From assembly GCA_049999805.1 (NCBI GenBank), contig JBNGIO010006040.1:17998-81971 (forward strand): DNA of 63,974 nt, given 5' to 3'. This DNA is from Folioceros fuciformis. Its lineage: Eukaryota. Both the position numbers and the translations under genes were made by a program. Of this stretch, positions 29,077 to 41,553 are shown piece by piece (position 1 is the stretch's first letter; every line of letters starts with the position of its first letter). Below the pieces are notes generated by a model. The model had not been told where the DNA came from. It did no database searches and worked only from the letters and a program-made list of their open reading frames with translations.

Positions 29077-29660
29077 CTCACCTGGAAATCCTGGGCCTAG
29101 CCTCCCCGCACCATTCCCTCGGCTGGCGCTGCGTGCTGGTACAACACGATTTCTGCAAGGCCGACTCCGGTACCGGCAGGGCAGGCTGCCGCGGCTTTAG
29201 CTCCGGGCAGCCTTGTCAACCAGTCCATTGCAGCAGACAAACAACAAGCTTTAGACCTAGGGTTTAAGGGGATCTCGGAGATGTAGCGGATGAATTGTAT
29301 GTATGTCTGTGCAAAGTAGCTATGACCGTGTGTATCTTCGGAGACGTTCCTCGGTGCTTCGTAATACATACATATTTTCCGTATCGCTTTGCTATTAAGT
29401 GCCAAAAGCCTTCATGGATTGCATTCCGTCGGAAATTTATGAAAACATCTTTTTAAAAACTCTTATACCATTTGGCATAAATTTATCATTATAACTAGGT
29501 AGTACAACTTGAAGGACTAAAGGTAAAAAGATGTATCATAAATAAAATATCTTGAATATTATCGTAAGCATTGTGAATTATCTGAAGTGTTTTTTAATGA
29601 TTTTGATCTATGACAAATAAATCAACTTTATCGAGTCTTTTACCCTTGGTTTTGGCTTGT

Positions 29661-29791
29661 ACTATGTTTTGCTTTCATTTTATGTTGTAAGAGATTTGAG
29701 CAAAGTGATGTGGTGAATTGATCTTGCACTATGTTTTTCTTTCATTTTATGTAGTAAGAGATTTGAGCTAAGTAATGTGGTGAATTCTTGC
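29661..29791. repeat. Degenerate two-copy tandem repeat (~67 bp) in AT-rich intergenic DNA
   Basis: ACTATGTTTT.CTTTCATTTTATGT.GTAAGAGATTTGAGC.AAGT.ATGTGGTGAATT occurs twice. Confidence 0.8.
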
Positions 29792-30122
29792 TCATACTTA
29801 TTTCCATAGTTCAAAACATAAGCACTTCTGTATGGAATATCGATATGCACATATAGTCGTCCATTATGTTTTCCTTTTTCCAATTGTATGTTTTATGTGA
29901 ATATTCTATGGCATCTTCTATGTACATATGGATTTTAGGGCTCCATGTCACATTATGAGCTACCATATGGTACGAAATTTTTTTCTTATATTATTATTAC
30001 TTTAGTGGACTGATCGAGAACCAAGAAGAATCTTCTTTGGTCCAGAACTTTGTTTCTTCTCCATTCACAATCTTCCTTTAGTCCATACCTTTGTTTCTTC
30101 TCCATGCACAAGCTTCTACCCC

Positions 30123-30264
30123 CATCATGCCTTGGACTTCATATTGCCATTCTTCCACACTTCACCCTATAGCTGAACGGGTGGAGGGCAACATCATGCT
30201 TTGGACTTCAAATTGTCATTCTTCCACACTTTACCATATAGCTCAACGGGTGGAGAGCAACATC
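30123..30264. repeat. Degenerate two-copy tandem repeat (69 bp)
   Basis: CATCATGC.TTGGACTTCA.ATTG.CATTCTTCCACACTT.ACC.TATAGCT.AACGGGTGGAG.GCAA starts at 30123 and 30192. Confidence 0.8.
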
Positions 30265-32021
30265 TACATCTCGTGCTCGGGTACTCTTTCCATCCATGTA
30301 GAGATGGATAGTTTCAGGGTGTGCCCTTTGTGTCTACCTTAAGCAAAACACCACAAGTGCAGCAGAGGAATGGGGCATGAGAAATCTTCAAGTCTTGAGA
30401 AATCTTCAGGTCTTGGTCTGCAAGTGCTCACCCTTCTCTGAGGACTTAGGGTTATGTTAGAAGCAAGGGCACAAGTGTAGCTTGCAGGAAGGATGCATAA
30501 TTTTTTTCAATCTTGAACTTGGGGCCACAATCGAGGAACGGGTACACTAGGTTGCTTGTGCTACTAATCGAGGCTACATTGGCATACATAACATATGTTT
30601 GGCTCCGTGCTCATTGCTGTTCCACGAGTTCCTCCAGCCATACTAAATCTACCAAAATGACTATTCAATCTCATATGCCCACAATCAAGCTCCTCTAAAA
30701 ACTATCAGGGAAGTTAGATATTATGGAGTTAAGGCATGTTTATCACACAAGAGCTAGACCCTTGTCCGCATCTAAGCATTCCCCTATATAGTATGTACGT
30801 AGGTAGGAATCCAAGTACATGTGTACAAGGTTTGTTTAAGACTGTCCTTGTCCACCTCTCCTTTCTTCACCTAAGTTACTGACGTGCCTGTAGTTGTCGG
30901 TTGTAGGGCAGGTTCCCAGTGCCAGCCACCATAGACCGTGTCTTGAAGCGAGCGGACAAGGGAACTACATAAGATTCGCGGGACGGGATGGTTCTACGGT
31001 GTAGACAGCGCCAGCAAGCAGACAGACAGCAGCTCAGGCAGAGCTTCCCTGGCCGCGCAAAACGTACATGGCAGTCTAGGAAGGGGCGGACGGTACACGC
31101 GAATCAGTCGATCTTCTGGGATATCTCTACCTGCATTACATATGTACGCAGCCAGACAAAAGACCCAGTGGCGAGGGAGAGGGAGAACCCGGGAGGGGCA
31201 AGGACTGGGACTGGCAGGCAGCCAAAGAGAGCGTCAATCCAAGGTTTCCCAGGTGCAAGATCCTACCCTACGTAATATCCCCAAGAAAGGCATCGCAGTC
31301 TAGAAGGAATTGGGTTCAGCGTCTTGAACTCCACGATGGGGGAAGGGAACGTCTGCGTGTCGTAGCAAATCCTCCGCATCACAGCGGAGTTGCGGAAGCA
31401 TCCATCCAGTCCTGCCTCGAGCATAGGCTTCACTCGTAATCTCGGCTCGCTACGTAAGGCAGCAGCAACTGCAAGGGGCATCTCCAGCGCCAGCAGGCAG
31501 GCGGGCCAAGAAAGCGCTTCGCACACCTGCTCCAAACCGGCTCTACACAATTGGTACCTCAGATGTGAGGTCGGAGTCCAATTCTAGAGATGGACCAAGT
31601 CCAGAGATGGAGCTTGGACTCACAGATGCAGCAGCAGCTCTCAGTTTACGCCTCCTCTCCCTTCCGCCTGCCTGCCCGGGCTCCTGGTCTCCGCGCCGGG
31701 CCGGCATCACGCACCACCTGATGACGGTCACGCAGAAGCCTGGCAGAGCACACCTGACAGTATAGTTCCGGACGCATTACGTTGCGTAACCGGGATGTGA
31801 GAACGCGTATTACACCTGCAATAATGTGCTTTATGGAGGAGCGGCTGGAAACCGCTGAGGCAGGCGCAGGTGCGGGCTGGACGGGGCTCGGTCTCTCTCT
31901 CCTAGGAAGGTGGTAGAAGCCCTCGATGATTGCAGCCTGGGAAGAGGGGTGGGTGAGCAGGCACGCGTGCGCTCGCTTGGCTTCGGCCCTCTTCTGCAGG
32001 ATCCCTAATTATGCGGCTACG

Positions 32022-33867
32022 ATGGCGACAGCGCGCGCCCCTGCCCCTTTGTGTGCAGATCCCTGCGCACTCTCCTTCTCCAAACGGAGCATCAGCGGCA
32101 GGAGCAGCTGCAGGAGCGGCGTTCTCCTCCCTCCCCGCAGCCTGGGCATCTCCGGTCTCGGCCCGAGCCCCCTCCGCCTCCGCCTCCGCCTCCGCCTCTG
32201 CAAGATGGTGCACCGGGTGGCCACGGCCATGGCGGCGGCCGGTACGCCGGACGNNNNNNNNNNNNNNNNNNNNNNNNNNNNNNNNNNNNNNNNNNNNNNN
32301 NNNNNNNNNNNNNNNNNNNNNNNNNNNNNNNNNNNNNNNNNNNNNNNNNNNNNAGGTGCACAGCTCCGTGGCCCTGGTCACCACTCAGGGCTCCCACACG
32401 TACGGCCAGCTCTTCCGATCCGCCTCGGCTCTGGCCGCGGACCTGGTCGCTGCCGGGGGCAAGGACGGCGCTCGCGTCGGGGTCATGGCCAAGCCCGGCT
32501 TCGAGTTCGTGGCTGGGCTCTGGGGCGCCTGGATGGCGGGCGCGGTGGCCGTGCCCCTCGCGCTGAGCTACCCGGAGGCGGAGCTGGCGCACGTGCTGTC
32601 GGATGCGGACGTCTCCGTGGTGCTGGCTCCCCGGGAGTTCGAGTCCCTGCTCCGCCCGATCGCGGAGAAGCGCTACGCCAGGCTTCTGCTGTGGGACCTG
32701 GCGCTGGACGGGGGGAGCGTCATGGCGTCCGGTCTCGCACCCGGATTGCCGCAGGTGGCGGGGGAGAAGCCGGCTCTCATCATCTACACGAGCGGGACGA
32801 CGGGGCGGCCCAAGGGGGTGGTGCACACGCACGCCGGGCTGGCGTGGCAGGCCAAGGTTCTGGCGCAGCAGTGGGAGTACTCGGCGCAGGACAGGATGCT
32901 GCACTGTCTGCCGTTGCACCATGTGCATGGATTGATCAACGCGCTGCTGGCCCCGCTCTACGTCGGCGCGGCGGTGGAGATGCTCCCCAAGTTCAGCACC
33001 AGTGGGGTGTGGAGGCGATTGCGGGAGTCGTATCCTGTGCAAGGGCAGGACCCCGCTGCCGGGGCTGTGACAATGTTCACGGGCGTGCCTACCATCTACG
33101 TGCGGCTGCTGCAGGGGTACGACGCCATGGACGACGAGACGAGGGCCGCCAGCGTGCACGCGGCGAGTCGCCTGCGGCTCATGATGTGCGGTTCTTCCGC
33201 GCTACCGCAGCCGGTGATGGTGCGGTGGCGGCAGCTCACGGGGCACACGCTGCTGGAGCGGTACGGGATGACGGAGTTCGGGATGGCGTTGAGCAACCCC
33301 GTGCGCGGGGAGCGGCGGGCCGGGTACGTCGGGACGCCGTTGCCGGGGGTGGAGATGAGGGTTCTGGAGGAGGGCGATGAGCTTTGCGTGAAGAGCCTGT
33401 CCATGTTTCAGAGCTACTGGCGGCAGCCTACGGTGACCGCCGAGTCGTTCACGGAGGACGGGTTTTTCAGGACCGGGGATAGTGTCTCGGTGGACGAGGA
33501 TGGTTATGTGAAGATTCTGGGCAGGACTAGTGTAGACATTATCAAGTCTGGGGGGTATAAGCTGTCCGCGCTGGAGATCGAGGCAAAGCTACTGGAGCAT
33601 CCTAGTGTGCGGGAGTGTGCCGTGGTGGGGCTGCCCGATAAGGATTACGGGGAGAGCATTTGCGCGGTGTTGGTGGCGGACGTGCCGATTACTCTGCAGG
33701 AATTGGCCAAGTGGGCTGCTGCGAGGATGGCGCATTACAAGATTCCTAACCAGTTGCGGCAGTGGGAGCAGCTGCCACGGAATGCCATGGGGAAGGTGAA
33801 CAAGAAGGAGCTCAGCCGGGTGCTGCAGCAGCAGCAGCAGCAGCAGCAGCAGGTTCCTGGTGCGTAG
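32022..33867 (+). CDS. AAE13: Malonate--CoA ligase (AAE13/ACSF3/MatB-like acyl-activating enzyme), interrupted by a 100-N gap
   Basis: AMP-binding IIYTSGTTGRPKG, LPLHHVHGL, ERYGMTE (malonyl-CoA synthetase signature), FFRTGD and LPRNAMGKVNK. Transit-like N-terminus MATARAPAPL lies before the gap (32254-32353), and the C-terminus carries poly-Q. Confidence 0.9.
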
Positions 33868-34352
33868 GTAGGGGTTCTGCTGATTGAGTCGTCCCTTTTT
33901 TTTAGCCGAATTGAAACCGGCTTGTATAGAGTGTCCTCTAACTGACGTGACTATGTCCTCTAGAGAGGCGCTTCTGGATATATGGGACATGAAGGTTAGG
34001 TAGCTAGCAATTGGGGCTAGTCCATTATAGACACGCAGGATCGAAGGCTAAGGCCTGACAACCCTGGGGTTCGTCTGAGGTCCTGGGTGGAGGTGCTTGA
34101 GGTTGATGATGAGCTCTGCTGGCACTCCTGAGTTTGAGATGCAAGGAAATTCTTCTGAAATAGGGGTGAACCTTCCCGACAGTTCAAGAAGAAGTGCGTT
34201 GAAACCTTGGGACCAGAACTCTTGATTGGGACATCCGGCAATGTCCTGTACGTTACATGTTCATGTCTGTGTCAGCATACGGCACGGATTTCAAGTTTTC
34301 AGAGGGAAGGGGTCGTAGAAGGGCTGCATCATGTGCACCTAAGGGGCTGCGG

Positions 34353-34452
34353 NNNNNNNNNNNNNNNNNNNNNNNNNNNNNNNNNNNNNNNNNNNNNNNN
34401 NNNNNNNNNNNNNNNNNNNNNNNNNNNNNNNNNNNNNNNNNNNNNNNNNNNN
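34353..34452. other. Assembly gap (100 N)
   Basis: Run of N. Confidence 0.99.
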
Positions 34453-35042
34453 TGTAGCATGACGATGACGCGGAAACAGTACTATTCGGCAGGTGTCGGC
34501 CACTGTGACAAGACAAGTCAGGCCGTCGTACTGCAGCTGCAGTTCACAAGGACAGATGCCGATTGTGAGACAAGTCAAAGTGCACCGGCCCTTTCGATAA
34601 GCAGAATTTGGTGAGAAATTGGAAGCAAATCAGGAGTGCAGGAGACTCCGATTCAAGCCCACGTCTCACACCCAACGATGCGAAGTTGCCACGGTGCCAT
34701 CGAGGTTCAGACGTTTTCACGGCACCGTGGCAGCACCGAATTATGCGACCAACCGCCGGTTCACATTTTAATATTGTATGCTTGGGCTGGGCCTCATCTT
34801 TGCAAGGCAGGTCTAGTACGGACTTCTGCCCTCCCTTTGTCACAAGGAGTACATATCTTCTGAACATTTCTCCATTCACATGTAAATATTCGTGTCCTTC
34901 GTAATCTTCTCTCATCAAATCATGGGCATTTATTATTATTCTCTATTTATAACAGTAAACCTCAGTATTAAGTCACAAGATAGATATGATAAGGCTATGT
35001 ACATCATATTTTATGAACATGACATGTTCGTTGTATCCCACA

Positions 35043-35077
<35 letters not shown>
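35043..35077. repeat. (AAGT)n microsatellite
   Basis: About 8.5 copies. Confidence 0.95.
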
Positions 35078-35517
35078 GTATATTTTTATCATGTACTAGG
35101 ATTTCCTGTTGTATCTTATCCAGGTGTTGGGATTCACTCTAAATAAGCAGTAATTACACACATATGTTGGAAGAGAGTTTTGAAGTATTTAAAATTACTC
35201 TTAAAAAAATACTGATTTTATTTCTACATTGTTACTAAAGGTTGGACATGATTTGTAATTGATGTAAATATATAGGTTTATATTAGAGCATACCTAATTT
35301 AAAATAATACTATATATTCTGTACATACATGATTGAGATTTATAAATTGTATTTAATAACAAAAAAATAATTTTAAAAAATAAGTCAATTTAAGAATGTA
35401 TAATCACTATTGATGTACAAATCTCATTTACTAAACTCACACAAACAAGATTGAAGGTTTGAAGCCCTAAAACAAAAATGTAGCCGAAACAACCCAATAC
35501 AATCCACCGCAGACAAG

Positions 35518-35539
35518 AAAACCCTAAACCCTAAAACCC
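35518..35539 (+). promoter_or_regulatory. Tandem telo-box / short telomere-like repeat upstream of SUVR
   Basis: AAAACCCTAAACCCTAAAACCC lies ~400 bp upstream of the ATG. Confidence 0.45.
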
Positions 35540-35929
35540 ATGCACACAAACAGCCTGCCTGCAGTGAAGGTAAAAGAATGTTAATACATAAATAAATAAT
35601 TATGTAGATATGATTATAACGTATATGTTAATAATATAGATTACATAGTGGAGTTAGTTGGGACGTAGCCGAGCTCTGCATTCCAAGGCAGGTGTGTGTG
35701 CGTACATGACATGACATCACATCAGTTCACGCCTCCTCAGCTCCAGAAATTAATCGCCAGTACAGTCCAGCAATTAGTCAGGCGGGTGGTGAAGCGCGCG
35801 GCCTCTCCCAGAGTCTTTCCCCTCTCTCTTCCGCTGCCCTCCACCCACAGAGACAAGAGCCGCGCTGCATACACTGGTCACAGTCTCCTTGCAGTCGCAG
35901 CAGCCTCCGCTGCGCTGCTTGGTACAGCC

Positions 35930-38900
35930 ATGGCGCCTAATCTCACGCCGAGGGAGAGGCAGATGCGGGTTAGGGAGGAGCGTGAGAGGGGCGCTGTTAT
36001 GGCAATGTCGCGCCTGGGGCTGGACGAGAAGCTGGTTGTGCGCAAATTCCGCAGCCTGGTCAAGGTGAGATTGTAGAGCCGCTGGCTTTGCCTCAAATCT
36101 ATCTCTGCGCTATTCCATTGCCAATTGCGTTCGTTCGTGATCGATTGATTGGGGCGCATGCCTGTTGCCTTCTTCTTGTCCTTGTTTTGTGGCTCCAAGA
36201 TTGGCGGCTCCAGCGTCGCCTCGTAATTTGCTTTGCGGTGGACCAAAGAAGCCATCAGTGTTGTTCTCTCACCCCCTTTTTTTTGTTGCAATCACCGGCA
36301 GGTTTACGGCTCGTTCGAGTTTATAGAAGCCGAAAACTACAGAGTGTTAGCCGACGAGCTGTTCAGTGAGCAAGACAGGCATGCGAATAACGATGAGGTG
36401 CCGGGGGAGGGGAAGCGTGATGCGGATGTTGATCAGAACGCTCTCCGAAGGATATCGCGCCGGCGCAGCGAACTCGGGACTGCTCGAAGCTCCCAGGAGT
36501 CTCAGCCCGAGTGTGGGGCCGAGGGTAGAGCTTTGCCACGCTCTCAGCCACAGCGTGGCGCCGAGGGGAAGCCTTTGCCCCACTCTCAGCCACAGCGTGG
36601 CGCTGAAGGGAGACCATTGCCCCAGTCTCACCCGCAGCGTGGTGCCGAGGGCAGAGCTTTGCCCCCCTCTCAGCCACAGCGTGTTGGCGGGGAGTGCAGT
36701 CCTGCCCCGCAGCCGACTCATGACCTTCAGGCGCCTCTTGGAAGCGGCACGCAGCAAGCTCAAGTCTTTCTGGAAGCCCCGCCGCAGCGGAGCGTGGAGG
36801 GGAGAGGTAAGGAAACTTCTCACCAGCATCAGCGAGGCTCCTCGACTTTCCCACCTCCCTGTAGCACGGACTCGAGAGGCACGCAGACGCAGGTGGATGT
36901 CACGCATCACTTAGCTGGTCCCAGCAATGACGCAAGAAGTTCACGCTTGCCAGACCGCAAGCCGGCTGGACCGCAAGTGAAAGTGCAGTTCATCGTCACA
37001 GGAAATCAATTTATGGAGGAAGTTGAGCCACGGGAACGAGCGGAGGCTTCCTGCCAAACAGAACCAATTGCAGGCTCACACACCCTTCCGGAAGACTGGA
37101 CGCTTTGGGAAACAGGGGGCCGGAGAGTAGAGACTGGTAACGATCATGCGGCCCTACAGGAGGACAGAGGGATACCGGAGAAAAGGAAAGCTGCAGCTGC
37201 AGAGCCTCTGCCACCGCTGAAAAAGCCAAAATTGGAGCCTGGCACGGCTGTCTACCCAGCGCTTACGGTCGTTGCGGCCTCACCGCCTCCAAGGGCATCA
37301 CCAGCACGAAACTATAATGGCTCGCCCGTGTCAGGGCCTTTGCCTCTCGCTATTCGTGCGCCTTCCGGTACGTATGGTCCAGAGAGAGACTTGCCACCCG
37401 GGTTTCGGGCTGGTCCTTTGTTCTCCACCGTCCCTACCATCTCCTTCCTACCGGCAGAGGATCCAGGGTCCTCAGGGAATGCGAAGACTGTTCGAGTCAA
37501 GCTCGAAGCAGAGGACGCCATCAGGCTCCCAAGTCATGTACAACCGCTTCGTAAGGCGAGTGTTCATGCCAAGGAAATGGCCAGCCAGTGGATTGATCCG
37601 GCTGCCTCTGTGGAAATACCGGACAATGGACAGGCAACTGTGCCCAGTGGTGCACTGCACATTGCTTCGCCGTTGCACGAGCATTCTTTGCGGCGAAGCA
37701 TTGTGCATTCTTGGTCGCAGAGAGATGTGGGCATCAGCAACGGAAAGCTGTTGGCTGACCGTTGCAATGACGAAGAAGTTGTTCGGGGTAAGCTGTCTCG
37801 CCTCAACACATGCTGCGGCTTCCAAGTTTTCCAGTTTCATTAATGGCAGATTGAGTTTGTCTGGTCTCATCTCGAGGGATGTCCTACGTTTCACGGCTGC
37901 CTTGATGACCATGTCTTCTGATTGCAGATGCGGCTCCTGCCAAAATTGAGCCTGCAGACATGCAGGTAGATGCTGCGGCTTTTCAGATACAGCCGGCTCA
38001 AAAGGGGGCTTCAGGGTTTATGGTTATGAATCCGCCATCTGATGGGAAAGCAAGGCAGGTGGATGCGAATGAGGTCGTAACTGAGTTAGTCCGCCTTGCA
38101 ACCAACGACATAGTTGTGGAGCAGGACGTACGCAAGGACATCGAATCAGCTGAACTCGAGGCTCGACGCATTCGTGTCACAAAAAATGAGGAAGAGCCGA
38201 TTCTTGATATATCATTGGCATCTTCAAACCCGGTCCAGTTAGACCAACGAGAGCTGCCGCCTGCTTTGGTGGCTTTGGCAGACACCTACAATGACGTGGA
38301 TGATGATGCACCTTGCCCAATGGCTGTTGATGGAGAGACAGGATCAGATTTAGGGGTGGAGCCAAGGTCATTTCAGGACTACTCTTGCTTAGATATCCCA
38401 AATGTTGAGATAGACTGTCCAAGCAAACCAGCTTTCAAACGACTGAAGTCTCAAGTTACACCTATGGGAGAAACGTCGCTCAGTTCACATGGGGCCAATG
38501 TCAAAAGGAAGACCTCAGTTGACAGGGATGGGCGTGTGGCCATGCAAAGCACGTGCAAACAGGAAGCGAAGTCTACACAGACCGAGAAGATAGGAAAGGG
38601 CAAGGCCCTGGCTATAGTCGATGCTATCTCTCCGCCCGTAGATCCTATCTGCATGGAGTATGAGAAAGCAGGTCTTGACACTTTGGATTTCCTGCATGAT
38701 AGGAGGGACATCTCCTGTGGACGAGAGAGCGTTCCCATCTCGTGGGTCAATGACTCCACTAGTGAAAGTTTGCCTTCCTCCTTCCATTACATCTCCAAAA
38801 CTGTCGTGTATCAAAGTGCCCTCCTTGTGTTCACTTTGACCAGAATAGATGATGAAAACTGCTGTGATTGCAACGGGGACTGCCTGAAGCATGAGATGCC

Positions 38901-40166
38901 TTGTCATTGTTCAGCCAGAACAGGTGGCATATATGCTTACGGACAGGATGGATGTCTTGTAGAATCAATTCTTGACCAGTACATGAGGAGGAAAAAAGGG
39001 GAGGAGAAGAGCAGTGTTCCTGTTTATTGTCTGAAAGCGTGTCCATTTGCAGAGACTGGCGGTAAATGCCGAGGCCATAACTCAAGGCCTTTCATTAAAG
39101 AGTGCTGGGACAAGTGTCGGTGCAATGTCAAGCTGTGCGGTAATCGAGTTGTGCAACGAGGCATCACAAGAAGGTTGCAGGTACTGTGGTACTCTTTGTG
39201 TAAATGAAATGGACGAAGTCACATGAGTGTAAATGAGGTCCTGTCATGTGTGCGTTTAATTGCTGAAGTTTGCCTGTGGAGAGTCCCTTTGACGTTACGG
39301 TGTTACGGACCCAGAGATTTGGCTTTGTTTAGGGAGAAGCAAAAGTCGTCACCACTATGGCTAAACTGTCCGGTGAACAAAAATCATTTACTAGTTTGCC
39401 ATGTGCATGTCTTGTAGGTGTTTTGGACTCCGGAAGGGAAAGGCTGGGGTTTGCGCACCCTGGAAGATCTTCCTAGGGGTGCATTTGTTTGTGAGTATGT
39501 TGGTGAAATATTGACCAACGCAGAACTCGATAGACGCAACAAAAGCAATGAAGATCACCTCCATCATTATCCAATCAATCTAGATGGTGATTGGGCCGCA
39601 GAAGAGAGCCTGGAAGACAATGAGGCGTTATGTTTGGATGCGACTTACTTCGGGAATGTGGCAAGATTCGTTAATCACCGGTAATCCCCTCTTGCCTGAA
39701 GACCAATTAGCATCTTCAAGATTCCTTGCCATGAAATCGTATTTCCACCTAAGGCCCCGTGTTTGACAGGTGCTTTGATTCCAATATGCTGGACGTAGCC
39801 GTGGAGATAGAGAGTCCTGACCACCACTATTATCACGTACAACCTTGCCTTGATCTTGGGATTTGTTGGTTCATACTCGGGGATCTCGCTGCCTACGAAC
39901 TAAACTGGCCTTTGTTGCTTGCTTACCCCTAGGTGGCGTTTTTCACAACACGCGAAGTAAAAGCCAACCAGGAGCTGACTTGGGTATTTATCCTGTTGTG
40001 TCCATGGGTGTTGAGTACCTTGCCGTTTCAAAAACCGTAACTAAGCGGTCCATTTGTCTTCCAACAGGATTATCAAATCGACTTCGAGGATGTGAACCAC
40101 CCTGTGAAGGCTTTTGCGTGTCGATGCGGGAGCACGTACTGCAGGGGCTCAAAGCGCCGTGTATGA
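35930..40166 (+). CDS. SUVR: SUVR1/2/4-type histone-lysine methyltransferase (WIYLD, pre-SET, SET, post-SET)
   Basis: WIYLD-like AMSRLGL...LVKVYGSFEFIEAENYRVLADELF. Pre-SET CCDCNGDC...FIKECWDKCRC..CGNRVVQRGI. SET KGWGLRTLEDLPRGAFVCEYVGEI, RFVNHRC and ELTWDY. Post-SET CRCGSTYC. The 3' end is approximate. Confidence 0.92.
36500..36683 (+). repeat. 42-bp coding minisatellite (about 4.4 copies) in SUVR
   Basis: Units start at 36500, 36542, 36584, 36626 and 36668 and encode SQPQRGAEGRxLPx. Confidence 0.92.
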
Positions 40167-41553
40167 GTTGGCTTGGCGGACATTGTGACTGGTCCAGAAC
40201 TGTCGAAGCGGGGAATATCCGGGACGCAAATCTCGGTTTAACGCACAGGAATATCTTCACTGCGGGTATTCCGATTTTGACGTTGAAAGCCAGTTCCCGG
40301 GGCTTTGATGGAAACGAAGGCACGATTCTGCCCCCGAAAATCGTTGGCGGGAGGAAGTGTCTACAGTGCCGGCGCCTCAGCACTAGCTCAGACCCTTTAC
40401 AGTGTCTTATTGCCAATATTTCAGTTTCACGAAGTGAAAGAAAATGCTCGACGTAAAGTTTCTATGCTAATGTCAGCCATGTGTAATTGGGTTGTGGTGT
40501 AGGTAGTGACGTCTGACTTCCCGGCTACCCCCGCTTCAAAACCTCAGACACGAATTGTGTTCGGAAGGAAGTGGTGTGAGGGCCAGCAGCCCCGAGTCCT
40601 CGAGCTCCTCATCTCCTCTCCTCCCTCCTCTGAAGGTGGACAGGCCAAGCTCTCCTGGGTCCTTACTTTGCTCGGCTTCCCTCCCCTTGCCTTGCGTACA
40701 AACTGTTTCCATCCGCCCGCTCTCAGATCTCGCCCAAATTGCGCTGTTCCCCGGTCTCTGCCATCGCTAAGGACCGCCCCTGCTGGTCGTGGGAGATTTC
40801 TGCCCAGACGCTCTTGCAGGCGGCGCCATGTGCGACATCCCTGCCTGGTCACAACATGAGCTGAGGTGGAAGGTGGTGCAGATCTAGGTCTGTGGGATGT
40901 GGCTCGCGGGACGGAGCTGGTACAGGTGTGCGCGCGGAGTTGGCGACGACTGATTGTCTGTTTGCAAGTTCTTTTGCTATGGATTTCACGCGCTCCTTCC
41001 CCGAGAGGAGGCAAGCTCACTCCTTGTGGGCTGCTTCTTCTCCATTGAAGATTGCCCCGGGCGCTGTTCTACTCTGAGGTTGCAATCTCTTGGGACAGCA
41101 GGGCTGCCTAAGATCGGCAAATCCTGGTGCCGGGCTTTGGGTTACATCCCGGAGTGTTGTTCAGGGCTGCCGTTCGCTGCGTGCCCTGAAATTTAAAAAA
41201 TAGGCGAGCTTCCAAAATTCAAATTTGAAACTCTTGTGCAAAGTTGTGACATCCAGCAGACGGCATCGGAGAACCTGTACGCTGTAGAAAGCATGCAGGC
41301 GGTAGGTGGTTGGATTCAGGGCAGGAAAGGAACAAGAGTTGAAGAGAGCCGAGGAATTGTAGCGAGATTCCGCAAGCTGGGTGATTACGGGCTGAGAGAC
41401 TGGGTGCGCTGGCAGTGTTAGCCTGCCTTTGGCCGCTCTGGATGCAGGGACTGCTGGACCATTTCTGCGTGGTCACTTTGATCAGCGGGTGGACCCAAGT
41501 GCGGCCTGGGAGTAGAAGAAGCTTAACCCGGCCTAGTACCAAAGAATTGCACA

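Noticed and set aside
28147..29100. 317-aa plus-strand ORF antisense to RpoT exon 1
   Set aside because: It is a shadow ORF in codon register with a GC-rich exon and has no recognisable motifs.
31543..31731. Minus-strand peptide ISGLGPS also found in the AAE13 leader
   Set aside because: The match is only 7 low-complexity residues and I saw no extended DNA similarity. It is likely coincidence.
31902..33404. Several long alternative-frame and antisense ORFs over AAE13
   Set aside because: High GC content and the N gap suppress stop codons, which explains them.
34017..34918. ORFs around the 34353-34452 gap (e.g. MMREDYEGHEY)
   Set aside because: No recognisable domain, and the region is fragmented by the gap.
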